Of a stretch of DNA of 64,000 bases, positions 39,686 to 52,947 are shown piece by piece. The position numbers and the translations under genes were made by a program. Origin of the DNA: Podarcis muralis. Lineage: Eukaryota. The first letter of the stretch is position 1; each line of letters opens with the position of its first letter. The DNA lies in assembly GCF_964188315.1 (NCBI RefSeq), contig NC_135661.1, positions 30,752,001 through 30,816,000 on the forward strand, read 5' to 3'. Below the pieces are notes generated by a model, which searched no databases, was not told where the DNA came from, and saw nothing but the letters and a program-made list of their open reading frames with translations.

Positions 39686-39809
39686 TTCATGAGTGGGTCG
39701 CAAATGAGATCTGAAGAGGAATGTAATTGCTGCTATCTGAACAGCAAAGAATGGCAGTGCCCAGTTCTCTCTTAACGGAATGGTGAATTCCACCCGGGTG
39801 GTATCTGTT
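39686..39809 (-). CDS. DPY19L3: DPY19L3 coding exon 6
   Basis: TDTTRVEFTIPLRENWALPFFAVQIAAITFLFRSHLRPTHE; gcag| and |gtgagc; 124 nt. Confidence 0.97.
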
Positions 39810-40911
39810 CTGCAGAAAACAAAAGCAAAAGGTTCATATAAGCAACAATGGGCAAGTCCTCTACAAAGATGCAAATCTCAACATTGAAAATGGACATCGA
39901 CTATTCACTATTTTCAAATATGGCAGAAAGCATTCGGGCTAATTCAATTAATGCATTACAAGTAAACTGATCAAATCTGATTTCAATCAGAGAGGGACCC
40001 TGTTAACAGGATGTGTTGTTATAGATCACCTAAATCTAGAGCAGCAATGTGCAAATGCCAAAGACTTGTAAAATTAAAAAAAGAAAAAAGAATTATTGGC
40101 ACACGCTGTTTAGTCAAGGAAATACAGCCAGCTTCATTGAGCATCTTCGAAGTATGTTCTGCAGTGAAATATTGCAGCAATTATTTTTATTAATATATTA
40201 AAAACCAGTTAATTGACAGCTTATTGACTGTGTCATGTTGTGCTCCATACACTGTCTAGACACTAATGGCACAAAATAAATGTTTAGCAGCACTAAAGCA
40301 CCTATAAGTGGCCGACAGCCCAGTTTTCAACATTTCTACACAAAAGGAAGTTTTTCCCCTTAGGGTTATTCTAAACTAGAAAAGGCTGTTTTTTATACAG
40401 AGCCTCCAGAGCTTCAAATCCTTTCTGTACTATGTTTTGGCTACCTACCTCATTCTATTCCCATGTATTCTCCCTCCCTCATATCTTTTCTAAATTATGT
40501 GTCCCATTCTGAGGAACCCTGGAATAGATTGACATACAAAGGAAAGTCTTGAGCTAAAACCAACATCCCTTTGCTAGTGCAACACTTATCTGCCCATAAA
40601 AAACTAGCAGCTGTGTTGCTCGGGAATTCTAAACAAAAAAGAAAAAAAATCTGTTTTGAAAGGCTTAGTCTACTATCGTGATTCAAAATAGAGTCCATCG
40701 AAGCATAGACAAAAAAACCTGCTCCTTGATCTCAGGAACCATCATGTGAAACTTGGTTATGATGTCCTAAGAGGTGTCTAAATGCACAGCGAGAAGGCAA
40801 ACCACTTTCCAAAATATATAGCAATTTAACTTGAAGAAATGAATATATTCTTTTCTATAGCATGGCAAATATTGGATTATTTCAGAGGAGGATTTGCAGA
40901 AGTATCCTCAC

Positions 40912-41057
40912 CTGTTTGTGATATACCAGAAGGCTGCTAATACACCTGAAAGCCAAGTTCCACTGAGAAGCCAGCTGGTCACATACAGAGCAGCAACATA
41001 GACTGCCTGAAGGCTAAACAATGTGTAGATGTAAAAATAAACAGGTTCAAAAAAATT
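40912..41057 (-). CDS. DPY19L3: DPY19L3 coding exon 5
   Basis: [48 protein letters not shown]; acag| and |gtgagg; 146 nt. Confidence 0.97.
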
Positions 41058-41169
41058 CTGTGAAGGAAGAACACAGGAAACCATTAAACAAATAGTACTT
41101 GTCTTAGCATGAAACCCACAATTCCGATCATAAGAATGTTTGTAAAGTGAGATTGCAATCTTATGCGTA

Positions 41170-41440
41170 CTTATTAGAAGAAGACGAAGAGGAGGAGGAG
41201 TTTGGATTTGATATCCCGCTTTATCACTACCCGAAGGAGTCTCAAAGTGGCTAACATTTTCCTTTCCCTTCCTCCCCCACAACAAACACTCTGTGAGGTG
41301 AGTGGGGCTGAGAGACTTCAAAGAAATGTGACTAGCCCAAGGTCACCCAGCAGCTGCATGTGGAGGAGCAGAGACGCGAACCCAGTTCACCAGATTACGA
41401 GTCTACCGCTCTTAACCACTACACCACACTGGCTCTCAGG
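41170..41440 (-). mobile_element. CORE SINE with L2-type tail (Squam3/MIR-like)
   Basis: Minus strand reads gagccagtgtggtgtagtggttaagagcggtagactc... CORE gtgaccttgggctagtcac ... ttgagactccttcgggtag ... (ctt/cct)n tail. Confidence 0.85.
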
Positions 41441-41940
41441 AAGTAGGCACCATTGAATTATAGGACCTATATAGGATTCTACTATAAAGCTTCTTTGCAC
41501 AACACAGTTTAACTTTAGGGTGGCAGCCAATGCAATCCTACTCAGAGAAGATCCATTGAATGTGTCTAAATTGGGTTTATTAATTTGAACGGGCCTGTTC
41601 TGACTAGGACTAGTCATGTTGGCATCCATTTCTGCCAGCGTCATAGGCAGCATGCCTTTGAATACCAGTTGCTCAGGATCATGAGTGGGAGAGAGCTGCT
41701 GTGATCATGATCAGCTTGCTGGTTTTCTATAGGGATCTGTTTGGCACAGTGAGAACAAGGTACTTTGGCCTGCCCCAGCAGGGCTTTTCTTAGGTCCTTA
41801 CACACAATTCCTAGAGTAAATCGCATTAAACTTAATGGGACTTAATGCTGGGTAAAGACGAATTTCCACAAAACTTGTCACTGTACTGACTTGGGCAAGA
41901 TGCTTGTGCATTTATCAGGGACTTATAATTAAACACTCAC

Positions 41941-42062
41941 ATTCATATGAAAAACCCTATACAGAATGCTGAGAAAGACTTCTTGGTAAACATTCATTCT
42001 TTCAAGTATGTTAATTGTCCTCATGGACTCAGTTTTATTGTCAAACATCAAGCGATGTAAAC
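41941..42062 (-). CDS. DPY19L3: DPY19L3 coding exon 4
   Basis: LHRLMFDNKTESMRTINILERMNVYQEVFLSILYRVFHMN; acag| and |gtgagt; 122 nt. Confidence 0.97.
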
Positions 42063-42774
42063 CTGTAGAAAGAAGAAAATAAAATGAAGGCACACCTGCA
42101 TTTAAAAGCCATTAAAATGTAAACGTCTTCTGCAAGAGCATTTAAAGTTAGAAACTAGAATGCTACTCATTAAATATGCTCTGCTACTGTTAAAGTCATT
42201 TGGCTTCTTACAAAGAACTAGATCTGGTTGGTGGGTGATACCAGTCAAGATGCACATGCTTTGAGAAAGTCTAAGGAAAGTAAGTCAATTTGCATCACTT
42301 ATTTTTGAGTTAGAATGCCCCCTCTTTAGGAGCCACATATGACAGTGTATCCCAAGAAGTAGGTACGACTGTGTTCAACGGAGCTTACCACTTAAGTGTG
42401 TCCAGGAGTAGATTCATGGAAAGTAATCTAATAAATAGTGCTGCTTTTATTGCAAATGGAGTGCTCTGGGGCTCTGAGTCTACTTTTTAGAAATCAGTAT
42501 CATCTGAACCATATAGTTTGAGATGAAAGTAATGCTTCCATTGATATAGGTAATATCTAAATTCTATGCTATCTAGCAACAATAGCCACCTCCAGGTATG
42601 GCAAGCACTTCTGCCACTAACAATTGGTTTGTGTTCCTGGGATTTATATAAAAAGCTGCCGACAAACAGAAGATGGAAGTTGATAACCCAGCATTCTCTT
42701 TAAAAACACAGAAGAGTAGTGCTTCTGAGAGCCATTTGTACTTTATCCAGTTCAGAAAATAAAAGTTACAATAC

Positions 42775-42865
42775 CTAGTTGAATGGATGGAGCTTGTAGC
42801 ATCTGCTTGTAATAAGAGTAATACAGGCCACATTCTGTCCTGAATGAAATCTCCCGCTCTACCTC
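42775..42865 (-). CDS. DPY19L3: DPY19L3 coding exon 3
   Basis: EVEREISFRTECGLYYSYYKQMLQAPSIQL (DPY19 family signature); ccag| and |gtattg; 91 nt. Confidence 0.97.
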
Positions 42866-43352
42866 CTGGAAGGAAACATGCCAGTTAAGATCAAGAATAA
42901 ACTTAACCTGATGCTTGTCTTACTATCGCTTGCCTCTGACCTGTTTAATAAAATTAGTGTAACATGGTTAAGATCAGCAACAATAGCAGTTTATGAGATA
43001 GAGGAAAACTGCTCTCTAATACTCACCTCATTCCTCAGTGCAACAATACCATGCAATAGATCACTATCCTTCCTACGTTAACCAAAAGGGAAGTGAGGTT
43101 GGGATTAGTCAAGGACATTTTGATGAGTTGGTGGCACACCAGAGATTTATGTCCAGAGATCTCCAAGGTCCAAATCTACCAGAAAACTATGGCTCTAGTC
43201 CAAAAAGTAAACTAATAAAGACATGAAAGGCAGCTGAAACCTCCATTTCATTTTGGATAGCCAAAGTATCTGCAAAAATCACAAGGAAAAACTGAAGTAA
43301 CATGATTTCCTAGATATTACTTCTGTGTATCAGCCTAGGTCAGCTGCCAAGG

Positions 43353-43384
43353 ATTTATTTATTTATTTATTTATTTATTTATTT
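43353..43384. repeat. (ATTT)n microsatellite
   Basis: Read directly. Confidence 0.95.
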
Positions 43385-43824
43385 TACCAACAGACTTACT
43401 GTGAGCAGATGTGTTCTTAGAACTGTCACTAGTCAATTTAAAACTCCCAGGGTTTTTTTTTTGTTTGTTTGTTTAAAAAAACCCAAATCTAGGAAGAAAT
43501 ACAGGCTTGAAACTTTGTGAAAACTGTCTTCAATGCTTTTATACTTCTTTGCAGCTAGCAACTGTCTCAATCACCATTTTTTGTCTTCCCACTTTCTAGC
43601 TAAACTGTTTTTATTCCAGCAAGCATCTCTTATCCTAGTCTGAGGGGCTTTTATAGACTGCTACCCCTTGTTTTTAAGCACTTTTTACCTGTTTCTATTT
43701 TATTGTCTTTACTGTTAAATTATAGTGTTGGCTTCTATGCCTCATTCTGCAGCTTCAAAACTTTGTTCTTAGTCAACCCAATCACTGTTACTGCACTGAA
43801 AGGCTGGATTGAAATGGTCTTAAC

Positions 43825-44072
43825 CATGGGTAGGCAAACTAAGGCCCGGGGCCGGATCCGGCCCAATCGCCTTCTAAATCCGGCCCACGGACGGTAAAGA
43901 AATCAGTGTGTTTTTACATGAGTAGAATGTGTCCTTTTATTTAAAATGCATCTCTGGGTTATTTGTGAGGCATAGGAATTCGTTCACCCCCCCAAAAAAA
44001 AAATATAGTCCAGCCCCCTCCAGGTCTGAGGGACAGTGGATTGGCCCCCTGCTGAAAGTTTGCTGACCCCTG
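43825..44072. mobile_element. hAT (Charlie-like) MITE
   Basis: Imperfect TIRs catgggtaggcaaact ... agtttgctgacccctg; perfect 8-bp TSD gtcttaac at 43817-43824 and 44073-44080. Confidence 0.9.
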
Positions 44073-46137
44073 GTCTTAACTTACTATTAAAGCACAGTCA
44101 TATTCTTATTATCCAAAAAAATATTAATCCCAAGACAAACCAATGGAGAAAGAGAAAATGGCAGGTGGTTCACACTGCAACCCTTTTAAACGTTACTTAC
44201 CTTGTTTTTATTTAACAGAATGTGTATGCCCCTTTTAATTTTTAAAAAATCAGAATATAAATAAAATCAACACTTATGAACTAAAATGACAGATTAAATA
44301 CATGTCAACTTTACATGACTGGGTATGCTATGTAGTGTGCTGAAAGATGTGGGTAACAGTGGGTGTTCACTAAATTACCTGAAATACTGAAAGTTGCAAC
44401 CTCTGTTTAATCAGTTCACAATGACAGAGTAATATGACTCAAGTTCCTATGGCAGTCCCACAACTACAGAAAGTATTAAAACTTGAAAGCTCTGAAACAT
44501 TTTGGAACTGATTCTGGAGGGCTGGGCACTGAAAGGGATCTAATTAGCAAGACTGTATCAAACGTGATTAATCTTTAAGCCTGGCACCAGCTGTATTCAA
44601 CCAAATGCCATACTTTACGAGGTAAACACTACTGCTTTACATCTGTTTCATACGAAGATAACATCTGCTTTCCTCATTCACAACACATTTCCAATTTTAG
44701 AGCGATTCATACTTTTCCTAGAGTCTCAAATGTCAATAAAAGTGGCAAGAGCTATGGGCTGAAATTTCAAGGCTAATATTTAGATAATACTACTATACAC
44801 ATTCTATATATATGTAATTTGTTTTTATGAAGTCTTGACTCTATGAACCCCATGGTGCTTTGCCGAAACTCCTGATGCTTATATAGCAATTAAAAGTGAA
44901 TTCTGCATTATTCTAGAGATATCCGATCAGCTGCAAGTACAAAAATATTTGCAGTCGTGCCCTGCTCCATTATTATTATTCCCTTTAGGAATTACGGAAG
45001 AAAAGGAGGTAAACTACAAAATGCCTACTGAATATTTTATTATTATCTATGGTGGTGACAAGCCAATCCCTTTTATCAATAGGAATATTCTATCTGTGGT
45101 GTTATGTCTGTGTGATGGATGTTTTGCACATGAATTATGTTGATTGCTATTGCACTCATCAAGTAAAGAAGCTACATGCACAAACCAGCCCCTGATGTTC
45201 CCTCATGCATATGTTTCTATCTCAGCAAAGCCTGAGAAACAGAACTCATCTGTATGAAATAAAATTGGTGGCAATGTGAAAGCCTGAGGAGGAAAACAGG
45301 AAATACCCTGCACTCCAGGGTCAGAAATAGAAAATTTGTAGAAACGGGGGGGGGGGGGATCTTACGAAATAAGATTTCAGGAGTATGACTGAAACAATTT
45401 GTGGGTCTGTGAAAATGTTATGTGCACTTAACCTACCTTTTACCGCTAAACTAGCTCTCAGGGTCAGGAAAATAGTGGTTGTGGGGGGTAGGATGGAGAT
45501 AGCCACTAACCATGGTTTGAGTGTGTGTGTGTGTAGAGTGGGGTGGGGTGGGTGGTTAAACTTCCCCTTCCCACACTGTACTGGAGAGTTGGGATCTGGG
45601 GGTGCAGCAAGGTTTGCAACCAAGCCTAAACTTGAATGCTGCAGGACTATGTGTAAGAGGGGGGAGGTTTCAAGGCATAGCTGCAAAAGCAGCATATACT
45701 GGCACTCTGGTGAAGTGGAGCAGACCAGCAGAGGAGGGGGGAGTATACTGTCCCTCCATCCAGCCCCTCCAAAAAAGCCTCTTTTGACTTTTCTCTTCTA
45801 CCCTCAGGGTAGGTAGTTCTTAAGTAGGAGAAGTCCAAGACATTTTACTGTCTGGACTGAAGGACTGATGCCCCCTTCCACATTAGGATCAACACTTTAA
45901 AACATTTTGCTGCATTATTCAGACACCAGTTCCTGCCTTCATCTCCCACTGCCACCATCATGGTGCTACATGGCAGGGCAGACATATGAACCTTGTGGAG
46001 GGGAGGCAATTGAAATCTTCAAAAAGTGGACTTAAAATATTTCACCCAACGTTTTCTCTCCTCTCTTTTCTTCCCCTTCTGCAGTGGTCTCACTTTCATT
46101 GCCGTCAGGGATTTTAGTTGTTTCTAATGCTTTGTTA

Positions 46138-46486
46138 GGGGATGCGGGTGGCACTGTGGGTTAAACCACAGAGCCTAGGACTTGCTGATCGGAAGGTCGG
46201 CGGTTCGAATCCCTGCAACAGAGTGAGCTCCTGTTGCTCGGTCCCTGCTCCTGCCAACCTAGCAGTTCAAAAGCATGTCAAAGTGCAAGTAGATAAATAG
46301 GTACCGCTACGGCGGGAAGGTAAACGGCATTTCCGTGCGCTGCTCTGGTTTGCCAGAAGCGGCTTAGTCATGCTGGCCACATGACCCGGAAGCTGTACGC
46401 CGGCTCCCTCGGCCAATAAAGCGAGATGAGCGCCGCAACCCCAGTCGGTCACGACTGGACCTAATGGTCAGGGGTCCCTTTACCTT
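46138..46486 (+). mobile_element. Full-length Sauria SINE (Squam1)
   Basis: tRNA-like head gggatgcgggtggcactgtgg..., B box ggttcgaatccc, tail ggggtccctttacctt; 12-bp TSD taatgctttgtt at 46125-46136 and 46487-46498. Confidence 0.94.
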
Positions 46487-46706
46487 TAATGCTTTGTTGC
46501 TACACAAAAGCTTTGTATAGACCTTGTCATGATAATATAAGGGGCTCTTGTCCCTTATATCTTTTTATTCTTTTACAATATACTCCAACTAGGGATTCAC
46601 CTTTTTCAAAAGGCCGAAGAACTGGCAAGGAGCTAAACATCTCCCATTATTGTGCACTCTTCTCCCTCTATAAACACAACTCAATCTCACATCAGCACAA
46701 ATATGT

Positions 46707-46780
46707 GATTCCTGCATTGCAGGGGTTGGACCAGATGACCCTTTGGGTCCCTTCCAACTCTATAATTCTTTGGTTCTATG
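46707..46780 (+). mobile_element. Isolated CR1-type 3' tail (same tail as 50180-50242)
   Basis: ctgcattgcaggggttggac...ggtcccttccaactctataattct. Confidence 0.75.
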
Positions 46781-48527
46781 TAGAAGATAAGGGTGATCAG
46801 TTGCAAGGTATTTTGAACAGAGTCATGCAAAAATATACTTCCAAAATTAATATTCTATTTATGTTCAACACATTCACATCTATAAAAGGTTCTGGTTTTT
46901 CAGTGATCTTTGGAGCCCCAAAGCCTTATGGGTGACTGTTTAGAATTCAGGCACATGAGAGAATCTTGGAAAGGCAATGGTTTTCCAATCAGAGAACAAG
47001 GCTAACAACTGAATCCTGTGCTGCAACAAAATGCCTCTGGGGTCCCACATCAGTGAAGAGTTTGGGAACTAGATCAAACAAAGCTTGATACTGTCTTTCG
47101 AAAGAACCCAACGTAATACACTCAAGAAAGTATTTCAGCTTTCTTTGTTTGCTTGCTTAATAAAAACCAAAACTGCACCAGAAAAAGAAATAAAAGAATA
47201 TTGCTTTTAAAAATAAAATCCAATTAATTACGTAGCAAATCTTCTTAAGCATAAAAGTGAAAGCTCAATACAGATAACTGCATTAACGTGACCAAGGTTG
47301 CACAGCATGCCGTCAACAAACACAGTTAATACACACAGAACTCTTGGCTGGTTAACCTCAAGCCCATTTGCTCTGATTGGAGTGTTTATTCAGCTTTGAT
47401 GAATGAAGAAAGCAACGGATTTATATACAAGAGCTAGCCATGTACTGAAATTAGACTTTGCTGGAATAGAAATAATGAATTCTATTGCTGGAAAGCTGAA
47501 TCATGGCATGGGAAACTGGGTTCAACTCTCAGCTTGACTATACTAAATCATTATTTCTGTGCCTCAGTTTCCTATCCAGGACTTTGGGAACAGGACCTAA
47601 ATGAATTGCACACATTTTTTTTTGCCCAAGACTCAAAGAAATTCATATTTAGATGTTATAGACTTGCAAGACCCAGAAGAAGCAAAAGGTGTGTTCCTAA
47701 TAAACCCTCTATCCTGTATAAATCATTTATTTTCTCTTCATGGAAAAAAATCTGTGTTGATAGCACCATGTTATTGACTGAAATTTTCATTCTTCTCTTG
47801 GCAGATTTTCTATCACATCCAGCCCTGATTTATTTTGCAGGGGCTGACAATAAATTGCAATTGAGTTTTTCCTAATAGAGTCAAAGATAAAATAGGTGCT
47901 ATTAATATGACATCATTAGATGAAACTACTTTAATGTACCACATGATGAATTCTGCTACTGCAGTATATGATACTAACCTGCCGTAGTCAGAATGGAAAA
48001 TCTACTGGAAACTTGCTTAAGAACCTTGCTTAAGCCCAAGTCACATCTAACAGGGTGGCACAATTTTAATATATGGTATAGTGAATTAGTCCATTCCAGT
48101 TTCTGTTTTACTGGTGGTATTTCGTGGGAACCCACGAAAAATAAAAACTTCTGAAGTGGCCCTTCTCTGAAGGGAAATTAAAGCTTTAACCTTCCTCCCT
48201 CAATAATGTAAGATCCAATTAAAAAGAACAGTGTATATACAGTTCATGGTTCAACCACCATTAAGTCTGAGCAATCCAGGATGCTTTATTATAAACAAAT
48301 AAAAAACACATCAACATAGCTGCTACTTTCAGCTTGCTATCTGCTTTCTACTACCACAGTATGTCCTCAAGACACACCTGTTAAGAACAGTGGTTGATGT
48401 GGGAGAGAGTAAAATTATCAACAATGTAGAAAAAGGTAATGCTATGGTAGTTGTGAATAGCTCGGCAGGAATAAGTCTGAAAAGCCACAATGTGAAACCA
48501 ATCATGCAATCAGAGTCATTCTGTTAC

Positions 48528-48652
48528 CTTGATGTTGGAGAACCACAGATCATTTTCATGTAGTGTAGCAACATAAACAGAAGTTAAGATTCCCAGAGTT
48601 ATGCCAACGATCCCACCAACGATGAGTGAAAGTTTCTTCCACAATTTTCCAC
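48528..48652 (-). CDS. DPY19L3: DPY19L3 coding exon 2
   Basis: GKLWKKLSLIVGGIVGITLGILTSVYVATLHENDLWFSNIK; gcag| and |gtaaca; 125 nt. An in-frame AG 15 nt further upstream is an alternative acceptor. Confidence 0.94.
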
Positions 48653-50102
48653 CTGCAGAAGATAGTTCTAATAAATATTTATCTTTAAAAAACAACGCCT
48701 CCAATATGTTTGAAATGGATGGCAGTATCCACTCCAGATGTTGGCTACGGTTTGTGTATCATAAACAGAGAACAGATTTCCAAAAAGAAAACTGCGGGAA
48801 AACTGATTTCTCTTGGATTGTTCTGGCACTGGAAAATACATGTAAAATATATTCATTTGATTTATACCCTATCTTTCAAAAGAAACATCCACCCAAGGTG
48901 GTACACAAAAGAATATAAAACAACAAAATCTACACTAAAATGCACTAAATTGACCCAGCTGGTTCTTAAAAGGGTTGTATCAAAAGATGCAGAAAAAGGG
49001 GGTATTTTGCACAAAGAAGGCATTGTGCTAGGGCACTGTGTGAGACAAGTGAGCTAAGTCCCAAGATGTTCTTCTCACTTGTGCAAACTCTTATACAGGC
49101 AGAAAGGTATTGAACCTATCTATTATAATGCTGTTAAAAAGAACCAAGGGTTGTTTTATATTCAATCCTTTTACTCAATGAGTAAATCCCACTGAAATTA
49201 GCAAACCTAAGTGGAGTCATGTTAATTCCATTCTTTCTACTCAGAACAACCTTGGTGTTGTACAGGGTGAATAAACTCCATTCTCTGCTATGTTAATCAA
49301 GATTACACTAGTTTTTCATGGTAGCTCAAATGGACAACAGCCAGTTATGTTGCTACGGCAGAAAATATTGCAGTTCTAATTCAGAATGGAGGTGGAAAGT
49401 GAAAGAAAACAGCAGGGAGGAAAAAGTTATTTTTTTATTTAATAATTTAAACAGGTAGAGTAAGGGGGGGAACTATTTGTGGGAAATTACAACTGAAATA
49501 AGACAGTTGAGACAAAACATCTGTGGGTGAATTGAGAAAAGGCTCTGGTTGTGGATGGGGGTGAAAGGAAATGAAGTGGGGATGCTAAGTCATACAATCC
49601 TGAAATCTTCTAAGCAGATAGACAGAGAAAACGCCATACTTTGATATCTCCTTCATAATGGGCAGTAAGTGCAGACGGTTACTACTGGCCTCTGCTGGAA
49701 ATATAGAAGCAGCTATCTATGCCATTTTTTCTATCCTTCTCTTCCACTTTAAATCTAGGGCATATGAATATTTCTTCTGTAACGAGTGGGCAATATTTTT
49801 CGGAGGGCCATATTCCCTCACAGGCAACCTGGATGGGGCTAGTGTAAAAAAGCCACATCCATTGCATTTGTAAAGTAGGCTGCATTCCAGCCACACACAT
49901 GTTGGGAATTCCACACACACACACACACACACACTCCAGGCAGGCAAAGCCAACTGAGGACACAGTGGGGTATTGGCAAGCACTAGATAGATAAAGCATT
50001 TTGCTCCTGGGCCTTATTGGGAATCTGCGATGAGATACACATGCAGTGGACTTTGCCCCCGGTTCCAGTCACAACATAGAGGGCAGCTTAAGGTCCAAAA
50101 TA

Positions 50103-50242
50103 GTTTACTGTTGCAGTCGGTTGAGCATGAGACTCTTACTCTCAGGGTTGTGGGTTCCAGTCCCATGTTGGGGGGGGGGAATCTGCATTGCAGGGGGTTG
50201 GACCCTCGTGGTCCCTTCCAACTCTACAATTCTATGATTCTA
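50103..50242 (+). mobile_element. tRNA-Lys(CTT)-derived SINE with CR1 3' tail
   Basis: cagtcggttgagcatgagactCTTactctcagggttgtgggttccagtcccatgttggg resembles vertebrate tRNA-Lys-CTT with a broken acceptor stem; followed by ggtcccttccaactctacaattctatgattcta. Confidence 0.8.
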
Positions 50243-51375
50243 ACTCTTCAGAAAGCATTTGTGGAGCAGTGCTAATAGCTATTTCCCTTCCATTCACAGG
50301 TTCTCTAGATCGAAGTGATTCCCTTTTAAGTGATGTTAATCTGAAGGACAGGAACACTGAAAGGGGCAGAGCTAACTATTTTCTCTCAAGCTTGCTAGTC
50401 TTCTGCAAAGAACAGTTAATTGCTCTTGTACTCATTATGAAAGCTCTGATCTGCTTTGTGTTATGCCCCTTCCTCGATAATAGAGTTCAGTAAAAAGCTT
50501 ATAAGCTCAAAATAGTCTTGATAATCATCACCTCTCATTCTGAAATTATTTGAAATATCCTTTGTGGCATGCCTTCTAATAAATTACGAGCAGGGTGACT
50601 TTATTAATCACACCAAAATCTTGTTTTAACTTTAAAGCTTTGGTTATCTAAATTGTGCCTTCTTCTCTAAATGTGCACTTATCAAAGCAGTCCCCGATAA
50701 TGCTGCACGATTACAGGTGATTTACCTGCTGACAACAAAGCAGCAAAACCACAGACAATGTGATGCCAAGGGAAAATACAGCCCATAACTACATTTAGAG
50801 TTATTCCTCCATGTAGACTATATTGGTTTCAAATCAATTCCTCTTCTCAAATTCCCCAATTAATCATGTTATTTGAAACAAAGACCAACCTTCTCTAGTT
50901 TTGATATATGGGCAGCACAATACCAAACTCTAGAAAACCCATCAAACTCAGTGGAACTAAAAATACTAGAACTGTGACTGACTTATTAGCAGAATAATGA
51001 ACGTACCCAACAGAGAACCATTAATTTCTAGTGGTCTACCGAGTAGAAATTTTATTTTATGTGCTAACTAGTTAGAGTTTGTGATAAGCTACTTGAACTT
51101 TATTTGTAAATAAAAAAATATTTGCATGAAATATTTTGTAGGCAAAAAGAAATCAAAACATAGCTCCCTAAATATAACTGCATCCTGGAAATACATGAAG
51201 TCAAAGATAGCTTTAAATGCCAGTAGAGAATGAATTTGGGTGAATCCTAACAATGGCTAAACTCAGCCATGTAATTCAATTGGAATATTAACCATTCTGG
51301 GTTTCCCCATTTTTCTTTCTACTTACACATGCAGTTATAGCTTAAGTACATTGCACAAGGATAACCGTGACCTAC

Positions 51376-51478
51376 CAGCTAGAGTTTTCCCAGTAAGTTT
51401 CCAGTTCTTCTCGTGGAATACACTCTCTTCTGAAACTTCTGTGGCTTTTATTCCCTTTCTCTGTCTAACAGCTGTCAT
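51376..51478 (-). CDS. DPY19L3: DPY19L3 first coding exon (start codon)
   Basis: MTAVRQRKGIKATEVSEESVFHEKNWKLTGKTLA + G|gtaggt, resembling the human N-terminus (MMSIRQRREIRATEVSE, recalled). Likely acceptor ttag| places the exon start at 51518. The 18 exons sum to 2151 nt with no frameshift. Confidence 0.92.
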
Positions 51479-52504
51479 GATGTCAGTAATATTCACACAT
51501 TATACTTTGTGCTGGTTCCTAAATATACATACATAAAGTAATATGGAAGCAATTAAACATTTAACACTCTATCATTACTAACACCCTTAAAATGTATGCA
51601 AAAATATATGGCTAGATATTTCACAGATAGCAGGAAATCATCACTTAAATTACCGTCTTGCTATTTTTGCAAAATATCCAAGAATAAATAATCATATTGT
51701 TTCAACTTGTCAAAAATAAATTAGCAAAATAAATATTTTATTATCAAATGCACAGAACCATTTGAGATAACTTACAGATAACAGTGCAAAGGACACAGAG
51801 TAAAACATAGCTCATTTAATTTATTCCCCATTGGAATAGTTTAAGAGTATCATTCAAAAGTATGAATGCTTGCAAATTTCCTAATATTTTAGGGGGCTCC
51901 TGATGTGCCTGTCTCTGTAGCAGATAGAAATATTTCAAAGGCATTTTTTAAGCTCATGAAAATGCAAGTGGTACAGTTTGCGACTTCCATGTGTGTAAAT
52001 CAGATGAGCACAAGGAGTCCCATCTCCCCTCAGACTGAACTTGGGTCCGCCATTTTCTCTCAGCCTAATTTAACTTACAGGGTTGTTGCTGGACCGCCAG
52101 ACTGTTGAAGTAGAAGAACCATGTTTGCTACCCTGAGCTCCATGGAGAGAGAGCGGATATTAGTGGAATAAAAACTTGATATAAGGAGATAGATGTTCCA
52201 TCTCTCCACAGTAAAAATAGTATGCAGGGCACCACAGATTTATTGTGGCAGAAACTTTAATGGACTGGAGTCTACTTCATTGGACACAACAAAGCTACAA
52301 TCCTAGTCATCAGGGGCAGGAAACATTTGGCCCTCCAGATGATGCTGAACTACATCTCCAATCAACCCCAGCCAGCATCTTAATAGTCAAGGCTGATGGG
52401 AGCTGTAATCCAAAAAGGCGAAGGTTCATCCTGGAGAGGCAAAGGTTCATCAGCCCAGCTATACATGCTTACCTGGGAGTAAATCCCATTGAGTTGTGGG
52501 GTGG

Positions 52505-52662
52505 ACCAGTGCTGGAGCATGCAGAAGATCCCTGGTTCAATTTGTGGTATCTCCAGGTACAACCAAGAGAGACTCTTGTCTGAAATCCTGGAGAGCCACT
52601 GCCAGTCAGTGTACACAATACTGAACTAGATGGACCAACATTATGACTCAGGGTAAGGCAGA
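52505..52662 (+). mobile_element. tRNA-derived SINE with CR1-type tail
   Basis: gagcatgcagaagatccctggttcaat...ctggagagccactgccagtcagtgtacacaatactgaactagatggacc. Confidence 0.8.
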
Positions 52663-52947
52663 ATGTCTTTTCTAGTTTTGCCAGAAAGGAAACACACACA
52701 CACACACACACACACACTGAATAAATGTGGGTTTGTTAGCCTGGTTGATCAAATAAACATGACCACCAGACCAAGCCGTGGGGAAAGGAGTGTGTGGAAA
52801 TACGGCTATTATCGAATTTTCAAAAAAAATGGGTCAACTCCAAAATTCATTACATGAATTATACACGCATGTACGGGAACAAGTCCTGTTGAACTCAATG
52901 TGACCTGCATGTGAAGCAGATGCTCTTCCATTGACCCCAAAGACATA

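Noticed and set aside
48120-48139. Perfect 9-bp palindrome tttcgtggg-aa-cccacgaaa; also a 13-bp tandem duplication at 8422-8447
   Set aside because: Short enough to arise by chance or local slippage; no supporting context.
50103-50172. Possible tRNA-Lys(CTT) gene
   Set aside because: Acceptor and D stems are broken and it is fused to a CR1 tail, so it is a SINE head.
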